64,000 bases of DNA, from assembly GCA_027487215.1 (NCBI GenBank), contig JAIYDZ010000006.1:275892-339891 (forward strand). Reading direction: 5' to 3'. Shown in pieces: positions 27,633-36,213 of this stretch. The first letter of the stretch is position 1. Each line of letters opens with the position of its first letter. The notes below the pieces were generated by a model. That model was not told where the DNA came from and did no database searches. It worked only from the letters and a program-made list of their open reading frames with translations. This DNA comes from Pseudomonadota bacterium (GTDB taxonomy: Bacteria > Babelota > Babeliae > Babelales > CAIQNR01). The translations under genes were made by a program, and so were the position numbers.

Positions 27633-28529
27633 GTGAGAATTGTCCTTCTTGCAAGTAACCCGGAACTCTATTCAAATAAACGCATTATGGAAGCGGCTGA
27701 AAAACGTGGCCACCAAGTGCGGTTCATTAATATTGAACAATGCTTTATGAATATTTGTGCCAAAAATCCAGAGATTCATTATCACGATGGACAAACTATC
27801 TCTGAAGTTGATGTAGTCATTCCTCGAATTAAACCTGCAATGACACTCTACGGCAATGCAGTGTTACGTCAATTTGAACTCATGGGCGCTGTATGTCTTA
27901 ATACTCCCATTGCAATCAGCAAATCTCGCGACAAACTCCGCTCACTTCAGATTCTTGCTCAACACAAAATTGATATCCCTACTACCGCATTTGCACACTC
28001 TCCTCAAAACACAAAAAATATTATTTCACTCGTAGGTGGCGCTCCCCTTATTGTAAAACTTCTTGAAGGAACTCAGGGCATCGGTGTCGTGCTTGCAGAA
28101 ACTCAAAAAGCCAGTGAAAGCGTGATTCGCGCATTTAAAATGCTCAAAACTCACATTCTTGTTCAGCAGTTTATTAAAGAATCAGCAGGACAGGATTTAC
28201 GTTGTTTTGTCATTGGTGATAAAGTAGTGGGCGCAGTACAAAGAACCGCTTCTGATGGTGACTTTCGTTCAAATCTCCATTTAGGTGGAATTGCCGAGGT
28301 GGTCAAAGTTACGCCTCAAGAACGTAAGGTTGCAATACTTGCTGCAAAAGCAATGGGGCTTCATATTGCTGGAGTTGACGTCATTCGCTCAGATACAGGT
28401 CCAAAAGTGTTGGAAGTAAACTCTTCTCCGGGCATTCAAGGGATAGAAACAGCAACCAAGATTGATATTGCTGATAAGATGATTGAATACGCTGAAAAGC
28501 TTTTTGAAAAGAAACAGCAAAAAAGTTAA
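27633..28529 (+). CDS. rimK: Ribosomal protein S6--L-glutamate ligase family ATP-grasp enzyme (paralog B)
   Basis: GTG start. MRIVLLASNPELYSNKRIMEAAEKRGHQVRFI, DKLRSLQILAQHKIDIPTT, GDFRSNLHLGG and GVDVIRSDTGPKVLEVNSSPG. Confidence 0.8.
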   Translation: MRIVLLASNPELYSNKRIMEAAEKRGHQVRFINIEQCFMNICAKNPEIHYHDGQTISEVDVVIPRIKPAMTLYGNAVLRQFELMGAVCLNTPIAISKSRDKLRSLQILAQHKIDIPTTAFAHSPQNTKNIISLVGGAPLIVKLLEGTQGIGVVLAETQKASESVIRAFKMLKTHILVQQFIKESAGQDLRCFVIGDKVVGAVQRTASDGDFRSNLHLGGIAEVVKVTPQERKVAILAAKAMGLHIAGVDVIRSDTGPKVLEVNSSPGIQGIETATKIDIADKMIEYAEKLFEKKQQKS

Positions 28530-28546
28530 TTTTTCAGGATTAGTAC

Positions 28547-28870
28547 ATGAAATATGGAAAAAATCCGGTTCAAAACTATCGTTTCTACCAAGAATTGGTC
28601 GATTTACCTTTTGTAGAAAAAATAATTCTTTTTGGATCAAGAGCCCGACAAGATAACAGCGAGAGATCAGATATTGATATTGCTCTCTGGTCTCCTCAAG
28701 CGACAGATAATGATTGGCTTAAAGTGTTTCTCATCATTGGAAATGCAGACACTCTTCTAAAAATCGATTGCCTCAGACTCGACTCGCTTGATACAACATC
28801 CTTACTACGGAAAAATATTGAAACTGAAGGAGTAGTTCTTTATGCAAAAGATAGAATTAGCACTCGCTAA
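28547..28870 (+). CDS. mntA: MNT-type minimal nucleotidyltransferase (type VII antitoxin MntA-like)
   Basis: ILFGSRARQDNSERSDIDIALW matches the GS-x10-DxD Pol-beta nucleotidyltransferase motif. 107 aa. Confidence 0.75.
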   Translation: MKYGKNPVQNYRFYQELVDLPFVEKIILFGSRARQDNSERSDIDIALWSPQATDNDWLKVFLIIGNADTLLKIDCLRLDSLDTTSLLRKNIETEGVVLYAKDRISTR

Positions 28871-29231
28871 GGTAGAAACGGCACTTATAGCGCTTGAAAA
28901 ATCTTGTTTAGCACCGATAGATAAAGAAAGATTTGTAATTGACTCTGCCATTCAACGATTTGAATTTACCTTTGAACTTTTTTGGAAAACTCTCAAAATC
29001 ATTTTAAACAGTCAGGGCGTCGACGCACAGTTTCCAAAAGTAGTGCTCTTAGAGGCTTATCAAGGCAAACTCATTAACGACGAACCTGTGTGGCTCTGCA
29101 TGCTTAAAGACAGAAATCTCAGCTCTCACAGCTATAATAAAGATTTAGCAGATGAAATTTATACCCGCATCAAAACATATGTGCCCGTACTAAAAACCAC
29201 TCTTGCTCATCTTAAAACAGTAAAATCATAA
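28842..29231 (+). CDS. hepT: HEPN-domain protein, HI0074 family (toxin HepT-like)
   Basis: IQRFEFTFELFWKTLKIIL block plus the Rx4H HEPN motif RNLSSH. Overlaps mntA by 29 nt. Confidence 0.75.
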   Translation: MQKIELALAKVETALIALEKSCLAPIDKERFVIDSAIQRFEFTFELFWKTLKIILNSQGVDAQFPKVVLLEAYQGKLINDEPVWLCMLKDRNLSSHSYNKDLADEIYTRIKTYVPVLKTTLAHLKTVKS

Positions 29232-29307
29232 TCAATCTAGCGATAAAGCACACTCTTGACGTATACTAAGAAAGTAGAGATCTCTAATTTGCATACATGA
29301 GGGTGCG

Positions 29308-29715
29308 ATGAAAAAACATACATTCCTTTTACAAAAGCTTGCTCGCGATAAAATTGTTGAACAAACAGAAGCTGAAGGTGGAACTGTTGAATATCGTATT
29401 CTTGAAGATTCTGTTGAATTTCTAGACGCTCTTACTCAAAAAATAGTTGAAGAACTAGAAGAGGTTTTTTCAGCGGAAAACAAAGAGGAGCTCATTAAAG
29501 AGCTTGCTGATGTTGAAGAAGTTCTTGCTGCATTCAAAAAATTAGTAAACATCGATCAAAAAGATATTAATGCCGCTCGCGCTGAAAAATTAAAACTCAA
29601 AGGTGACTTTACCAAACGTCATTATATTGAAACCATGACTGTGCAAGCCGGATCACGTCTTTATAAATACTGCAAAGCAGATCCTAATAAATATCCAGAG
29701 GTTGATGCCGAATAA
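29308..29715 (+). CDS. MazG-like / PRA-PH-like nucleoside-triphosphate pyrophosphohydrolase
   Basis: N-terminal KLARDKIVEQ plus KIVEELEEV...KELADVEEVLAAF (EExxE ... ExxD metal-binding helices). 135 aa. Confidence 0.6.
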   Translation: MKKHTFLLQKLARDKIVEQTEAEGGTVEYRILEDSVEFLDALTQKIVEELEEVFSAENKEELIKELADVEEVLAAFKKLVNIDQKDINAARAEKLKLKGDFTKRHYIETMTVQAGSRLYKYCKADPNKYPEVDAE

Positions 29716-29746
29716 TTCTTAAAACTCGATAAATAACTATTTATAG

Positions 29747-29787
29747 GTATGTTAGCTTTAATAACTTAAAAACTAAAGTTAACATAC
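29747..29787. terminator. Long hairpin between convergent genes
   Basis: GTATGTTAGCTTTA (29747-60) pairs with TAAAGTTAACATAC (29774-87) at 13 of 14 positions. No strong T-tract. Confidence 0.4.
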
Positions 29788-29794
29788 TCCACTG

Positions 29795-31950
29795 TTAATT
29801 TATTACACATCCCAAACATTTTTTCTTACCCGACACCCTTCTGCCATAGCGCCTACTTGTGTTTAATTGATTTTGACCAAAAGTTGATGTCAATTGTGCC
29901 TCTTGCTCTCTTTGTCCATCTTCTCTATCAATAACCACATCGTCAGTGCTTGGCACAAAATTACTCGATGGTTGCAGATCAATAGGGCTAAAAACTTCAG
30001 GTTGATACTCTTGCAAGGCATCATGAGGTTGAACACCCGCCATCAGCTGATCACTTGGTTGATCGCCTATCTCTTGAATATCCTCCAGTTTTAATTGTTT
30101 CCAATCCAAATAAAGGCCATCTTCATTTTTTGCTAGAGCAATAATATCGGAAAAAGAAACCTTCGTTAAATCCACTTGAAACTGGTTGAGTACAGACTGA
30201 CATGTCGCAAGTTGCCACATATTAACATGTCCTGACCTAGTACTTACCGTTGCAAATTTTAGACCATCTTTACTAACGCTTATCTTACTAAGCCCAGCAC
30301 ATGGCATCTTAGGATAACGAGAATTTTTGTCGTACCAATGAGGATCGGGAACCTTTTTTTCGTGCCAATTAGCATATTCAATCGCTCGCTTAAAATAACC
30401 TTCACAATCCATAAGAACATCTTTTAAAGAATCTAATTGTTCAGAGTCGCCAAGACAAGAGCTTACAGCTACCTTCAATGGTCCATTTCCTAGTTTAACA
30501 ATTTCAGGATCTGTTTTTTCCATAAGAAGCAAATCAGCTCCCTCATCATAAACGATAAACAAGTCACCTTCCGAACTAAAACCTGCACCTATAAACTTTT
30601 TAAAACAATCCTTTAAATGTTTATAGTGTGATGGTTCAGAAAAGCAGTTTATTTGTATATCGCCTTGAGTGGAAACAACTGCAATTCTGTCTCCATCTTC
30701 TTGAATCAATCCACATCGACGACTATACATAGCACGACAATCCCAATCTAGTCTTTTTATAGAATGAGGTTTATCTTTTTGATCATCAATTTTCCATGTA
30801 CTAACATCACCAAAAGCGTCAATTACAGCAAGCTCAGAACCGCCTTCTATTAATTCAGCCGCAATGATAAGACGATCCAAATGAAAACTTCTTAGATGCT
30901 CACCAGTTGCAGCATTATATAAAGCCACCGCAGAGCGGTCTTCATACGATAAACCATAGATCACAACAAGGAAGTCTTTTAAAGGAGTAAATTTTATTGA
31001 TCTGCAATAGCCTGAAAGAGGAATATATCTTCCTGTGCGATAATTCCAATAATTAAAATAAAATGTTGGTATGGTATAAAGAGGCTTAGCTGCTTCCTGA
31101 GCACTTTCATCCTTACCGCTTTTTTCTAATTTCTTAAAATCCCACACATGTATATTAAAATTAACTTTATAGACCGCAGCACTACGCTCAGACGGTTCAC
31201 TCTCTCGTTCTTCAGTCACTATTTTTGAGCCATCTGGACTAAAAATTAAACCTTTAATATCAAGATTATGAGGGATGGCCACTAGTCTCTCACCACAAGC
31301 AACATCAAAAACAGTAAGGGTTTTTTTATCCAAAACCATCGCTAATTTTGAAGAGTCAGGACTGAATTTAACTTCTTTACAAAAAGGGTCAGAATTAAAT
31401 GTAGTGCTACCACATGGAGCATAAACCCTTACTAGACAATCAGATGGGCTAAAAGAATGTATAGTTTTTAAAACACTCTTTCGTCCTTGCAACAAAAGTT
31501 TATCAACAATCATACTTTTTAAAGAAACCTTATCAGCCATTTTCTTCAATAAATCATGTGTGTCTGAACTTATGCCTTCTTTCATAAACTTTTGCGCAAG
31601 CGCTCCGACCAACATATCAGTATAAAAAAATCTAAATCTGCTGCGGCACATGTTATATGTCCAAGCGTTTTCTGGTCAAACTTTTTCATGTCTTCAATTG
31701 CTTTTTGAGAATGGTTATTCAAATTCATTAAATAACCAAAAACTAACGGTGTAAGAAATTGACTTTCAACCTTGATTATTGGGTTGTTCTCTGTGCGTAA
31801 AACTTTTTTAAGAACTAAGCTATTTTCTATAAATGATTGAAAGACAGGCACTCGAGAGCCATCTCTTAACTGCAAATCAAAACCAGAAAAAAGGCTGTTG
31901 CAAAAAAATAGAGTGCTCCCTAAAAAAATAATTTTTATCCTTGTGATCAC
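29795..31950 (-). pseudogene. Skp1/BTB-like + WD40/beta-propeller protein, reading frame broken at a T7 tract
   Basis: The N-terminal ORF 31582..31950 (GTG start, hydrophobic leader, LQLRDGSRVPVFQSFIENSLVLKKVL) and the 618-aa ORF 29795..31651 overlap by 70 nt. A -1 shift at GATTTTTTTAT (A7 on the plus strand, 31624-31630) fuses them to ...AAADLDFFYTDMLVGALAQKFMKEGIS. That junction aligns with IIADYFDNNNIKTVTKLLADKLLSEGIT of the intact paralog at 63388. Confidence 0.6.
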
Positions 31951-31977
31951 TTATTAAACCTTTTAAAAAATAAAAAA

Positions 31978-32007
31978 ATCATACATTTACCTTGCAGATA
32001 CTGTCAA
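31978..32007 (-). promoter_or_regulatory. Putative sigma70 promoter of the frameshifted gene
   Basis: On the minus strand: TTGACA (32007-32002), 18-nt spacer, TATGAT (31983-31978), about 28 nt upstream of the GTG at 31950. Confidence 0.4.
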
Positions 32008-32162
32008 AAATCAAAAATTTTTGACCTACTAAAAACGAAACGTTCCCTAAAATAATAACTTTTGGCACCATAAAACATAAAAAAACTTTTCATACGTTAA
32101 AAAGTAATTCTAGTCTAAACAATAAAACTATTTTACAAAATCTTTACTAAAGGAGTTTTTAT

Positions 32163-34460
32163 ATGGTTCGTAAAAAATCTTCTGAGAATGATTCGTCATT
32201 TTTAGAACTGCAAAGCAAAACCGCTCGGATAATTCTTAAGATAGGTGGCACACTCTTTTCTTTTGGTATATTGTCATTTATTGTCGCCCACTGGAATGAT
32301 CTCTCTTTATATGCTCAAACAGGTCTTGTTACGGTTGGGATGGCGCTTTTTTATAGTACGGGAACCTATATACTTCAGGCTCTTCAAAAAAAGACTGCCG
32401 GAAATACTCTCATTGTTCTTGGTTTTTTATGTTACGGTGCGGCACTCTTTCTTGCCCGTCAATGCATTAGCACTCATCTTTATGATTCAAATACAGCCCT
32501 ACCAAGCATCACCTTACTATGGGCGGTAGGTGGTTTACTTACACTCCTCCTGACAGATTTAAAAGAATTGATTAGTTTTATTGTATTGGTGCTGGTGGTT
32601 CGTATGAGTATGATGTGGTTTTTCTATGATCATCATACCGCCATTCTAGGACTCTGGAGTATTGTTCTTCTATCCATATTATTTTATTGCCTTGGACTTC
32701 TTTACAAAAAAGCCAACAACACAAGCTTTCAAACCATTTGCTTTAACAGCGCTACAAAAATAAGTGTATTATTTGTACTTTGCCTTCCTTTTACTTCAAC
32801 AATGGAAAAGCTCAGTGGTCTTACCCTCTCTCTTTTACAGCATCCAGGGGAAATTCTTTATTTACTGTCTCCGTTACTCATTGCATGCTTAGTGACTTTT
32901 GTCCTTGCCTTCACTTACAAAGCTTTTTTGCCCTCAAGTCGCTTCTGTTTAGGGGGTATGGGTTTACTAGGGCTTACCGTTGGCATAATGGGTTACTTTG
33001 ACCTTGTCACTTACATGAACGGAAGTTATTTTAGATTCCCAACCACACTACCTACACCAGCAGGATTTATTTATGCCGTTATTGCAGGAGCTTTTATTGC
33101 ACTCGGCTCCCTTTTAGTAATACAACACGATTGGCTAAAAAGTATTTTTACAAAAGATACGATTGCAGGACTCTTTTCAATAATATTTTTGTCGCTCTTT
33201 TTAAATTGGGCAACACTTCAACTCACTCACTCGCAGTTGGCAAACAAATCATCTATATTCCTTCTATTACCCTTGATAGCAGCTCTTAGCTATTTCTGTT
33301 CTCGCAACCTTTTTGCACCAAGTGCGGTAACAGGTGTAATGGAAATAACCACTACTGCACTAACTGCAATGCTCCTTTTTATAATGTATTGCCTCCCTGA
33401 ACTGATACTCTTTAAACATTACTCCTTAACACAACTGCTTAAAAACCTCAGTTTCTGTGGAGTGTTTGTAGGGGTTGGACTTGTGGCACTCCTTCATAGC
33501 CTGCGTAATAGAATCTCTCTTGCAGCTTGCGCTTATAAAAGTTCGCATATGGTATTTGTCGTTGCAGGGCTTTATGGGACATCATGTCTTTTTGCTTCAT
33601 TTTCAGGATTTGTCTTATCAGAAAACCTTTTTGTCACAACATGCAGCGCTACACTCTTAGTGCTCCTCTTACTCCATGTCGGATACACCGTAGGCGTTGA
33701 ATTAAAGTCACCATTCATTCCAGGGATACTTTCAATAGCGCTTTTACTTCCCGTTACTACAATTCTTACACAAAAATCTTCTGTAAGCTTTTACCTGCCT
33801 TTTACGCTTGCCATTGCAACTCTTTATCTGTGTGCAAAAGCTCTTGAAAGTTTTAAAGAAAAATCGATGAGCATTTTTTGCTCTTGGACAAGTATTGGAC
33901 TTTTAAGCACTGCAATTTTATGGCTTTCAACCAGAAGCGGACTTATTAATTTCTCTCAATTGATTGCCCGATCATTACTTGATTACCCACTACAAGAACT
34001 CTACATTTTTATTCCTCTAATCGCATGCGCTCTCTATCACATAGGACGCGCACTTTTTTATCGCACTATTTCAAAGACAGAAATAACCCTTGTAGCAATT
34101 CTTGTGGGAGGCGCAACTCTTTCAGCGTTACCTTATCAACACATTCTATTTAAGGAGAGAATGCTCACCTCTTATGGTTTTTTTTGGGCAGTACTTTTTA
34201 ACGTTCTTCTTTTTGTAGCACTGATGAGTATTATTCTTTTGGGTTATAGAAAAAAATCTCTCTCTCTTATTAATTGGGGAGCAGGACTGCTGTTTATAAC
34301 CATTATTATAAAATACTTTAATTGGGTTTTTAGTGCATTAAGCAAAACAACTTTTTTCATGATCTCAGGACTCATTTTAATCATCGTCGGATATAGTATG
34401 GAAAAAGGTCGTGCTTACTTAATTGAATCGCTCACAAAACGCCTAAGGAAAAAATCATGA
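32163..34460 (+). CDS. Large polytopic membrane protein (~20 predicted TM spans)
   Basis: 765 aa, almost entirely hydrophobic helices, with no soluble domain or catalytic motif recognised. Confidence 0.55.
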   Translation: MVRKKSSENDSSFLELQSKTARIILKIGGTLFSFGILSFIVAHWNDLSLYAQTGLVTVGMALFYSTGTYILQALQKKTAGNTLIVLGFLCYGAALFLARQCISTHLYDSNTALPSITLLWAVGGLLTLLLTDLKELISFIVLVLVVRMSMMWFFYDHHTAILGLWSIVLLSILFYCLGLLYKKANNTSFQTICFNSATKISVLFVLCLPFTSTMEKLSGLTLSLLQHPGEILYLLSPLLIACLVTFVLAFTYKAFLPSSRFCLGGMGLLGLTVGIMGYFDLVTYMNGSYFRFPTTLPTPAGFIYAVIAGAFIALGSLLVIQHDWLKSIFTKDTIAGLFSIIFLSLFLNWATLQLTHSQLANKSSIFLLLPLIAALSYFCSRNLFAPSAVTGVMEITTTALTAMLLFIMYCLPELILFKHYSLTQLLKNLSFCGVFVGVGLVALLHSLRNRISLAACAYKSSHMVFVVAGLYGTSCLFASFSGFVLSENLFVTTCSATLLVLLLLHVGYTVGVELKSPFIPGILSIALLLPVTTILTQKSSVSFYLPFTLAIATLYLCAKALESFKEKSMSIFCSWTSIGLLSTAILWLSTRSGLINFSQLIARSLLDYPLQELYIFIPLIACALYHIGRALFYRTISKTEITLVAILVGGATLSALPYQHILFKERMLTSYGFFWAVLFNVLLFVALMSIILLGYRKKSLSLINWGAGLLFITIIIKYFNWVFSALSKTTFFMISGLILIIVGYSMEKGRAYLIESLTKRLRKKS

Positions 34461-34645
34461 ATTTAACAATTTTCCAAAAATTATTTCTCGTTATAACAGT
34501 CCAATCATTGTTGATCTTTGGCATAGCATCAAATCATTTAAGTTATAAATCATGGACCGATTTTCCTAAAAAAGATCTCTATACTTCAAAAGATGCTCAA
34601 GAAAGCGTACTAGAAGAGGTCGCCTCAGATATTGTTAAGGACTAA
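34457..34645 (+). CDS. Small single-TM protein, translationally coupled to 32163..34460
   Basis: ATGA stop/start overlap at 34457-34460. MNLTIFQKLFLVITVQSLLIFGIA anchor. Confidence 0.4.
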   Translation: MNLTIFQKLFLVITVQSLLIFGIASNHLSYKSWTDFPKKDLYTSKDAQESVLEEVASDIVKD

Positions 34646-34779
34646 AAGTCCTTAAAACTTAAACTAAAACATGAGCTTAAGAGAAGTTTTTTGTCTCTCT
34701 TTGCTTAGGTGAAAGTTATCATTCCCCTCTAATTTGTGTAATCTTGAGGGGAATGATTGTTTTATATGAAGGATTTTTA

Positions 34780-36111
34780 ATGCTGAATGAGATGGGTAGT
34801 CACCTGTTTTCTTATCTTGAATTGGTTGATGAACTGATGTGGGGATATGTTGCTATTCCTGCTGTTTTTGTCTTTGGACTTTACTTCTCAACCAAGTCAC
34901 GCTGGATACAAATTTTCAAATTTGGCACCATTTTTAAAATTTTTAAAAACCTTTTCTCTAAAAAAAATTCTGGATCTCAACGCGGAATAAGGCCTCTTAA
35001 TGCATTTTTTGCTGCAATTGGCGGATGCATAGGAATTGGTAATATTGTTGGGGTATGTCTTGCTGTACAAATTGGTGGTCCTGGATCAGTTTTTTGGATG
35101 TGGATTGGCGGACTTCTGGGAATGATTGTTAAATACGCAGAGATCTATCTTGGTGTAAAATATAGAATTCATGAAGGCACCCATGGGTATAGTGGCGGCC
35201 CTATGTACTATTTACAAAAAGCAAGTCACTCACGAATTTTATCGGTTCTTTTTTGTATTTTAATGTGCATCTATGGGGTAGAAATTTATATCTTTAGAGT
35301 TATTACCCAAAGTGTTGTAGACGGATGGGGATGGAATCAAAATCTTACCGTGGTCCTTCTTTTAGCCGGTGTTCTTTTTGCTGGTAAAAAAGGTGTCGAC
35401 TCTGCTGGTAAAATTAGCAGCGCATTAGTTCCTCTCTTTTTAGTGATCTTTACCGGTGTATGTCTCTGGGTATTTGGACAAAACATTCCTCAATTTATTG
35501 CAGCACTTAAACTTATCGTGACCAGTGCTTTTACAGGCCACGCAGCTGTGGGAGCTTTTGCAGGAAGCACTGTGATGCTTACTATGGCAAATGGTATTAA
35601 ACGTGCCTGTTACACCGGAGACATTGGAATTGGATACGCTTCAATCATTCACTCTGAGTCAGCAGAAGCTGTACCTGAAAAAGAGGCTGCGCTGGGTATT
35701 TTTGGAATTTTTATTGATACTTTTGTTATTTGCACAATGAGTGTTCTTCTTATTATTGTTACCGGACTGTGGAATCAGGGGATCGATGAAAACTTTGTAG
35801 TTGCTCAAGCACTGGGTCAGTACGTTCCTGGAATTACAGTCATTTGGCCATTTTTTATCTTTCTTCTGGGTTATTCAACACTTATTGCATTCTTTGCCGC
35901 AGGAAAAAAATCAGCACAGTTTTTACTTCCTCGTTATGGCTCTATCATTTATAATGTGTATGCCGCTTTTGCATTCCTGATCTTTTCATTTGTAGGCACA
36001 CCTATTAGCATCATGACCATTATGTCTATGACAGGCGCGCTGCTCTTACTTCTTAATATGTATGGGATCTTTAAGCTTAAAGATGGTATATCTTTTGACC
36101 TGCATACATAA
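34780..36111 (+). CDS. Alanine/glycine:cation symporter (AGCS) family transporter
   Basis: GGPGSVFWMWIGGLLGMIVKYAEIYLGVKYR AGCS signature. ATG 34780 is preceded by GAAGGA. Confidence 0.8.
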   Translation: MLNEMGSHLFSYLELVDELMWGYVAIPAVFVFGLYFSTKSRWIQIFKFGTIFKIFKNLFSKKNSGSQRGIRPLNAFFAAIGGCIGIGNIVGVCLAVQIGGPGSVFWMWIGGLLGMIVKYAEIYLGVKYRIHEGTHGYSGGPMYYLQKASHSRILSVLFCILMCIYGVEIYIFRVITQSVVDGWGWNQNLTVVLLLAGVLFAGKKGVDSAGKISSALVPLFLVIFTGVCLWVFGQNIPQFIAALKLIVTSAFTGHAAVGAFAGSTVMLTMANGIKRACYTGDIGIGYASIIHSESAEAVPEKEAALGIFGIFIDTFVICTMSVLLIIVTGLWNQGIDENFVVAQALGQYVPGITVIWPFFIFLLGYSTLIAFFAAGKKSAQFLLPRYGSIIYNVYAAFAFLIFSFVGTPISIMTIMSMTGALLLLLNMYGIFKLKDGISFDLHT

Positions 36112-36213
36112 CTTAAAAGATATGATTTTTTGACCATTTTACAGACTCAACCCTAACCTGATATACTCAAAAACAGGGTATTTTAGGGGACTTCTCAATA
36201 ATGGAGTATTTAA

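Noticed and set aside
31582-31950. Treating the 122-aa ORF as an independent small gene
   Set aside because: Its C-terminus stops inside a domain that continues seamlessly in the -1 frame of the overlapping 618-aa ORF and matches the paralog at 63388. I interpret it as the 5' part of one frameshifted gene.
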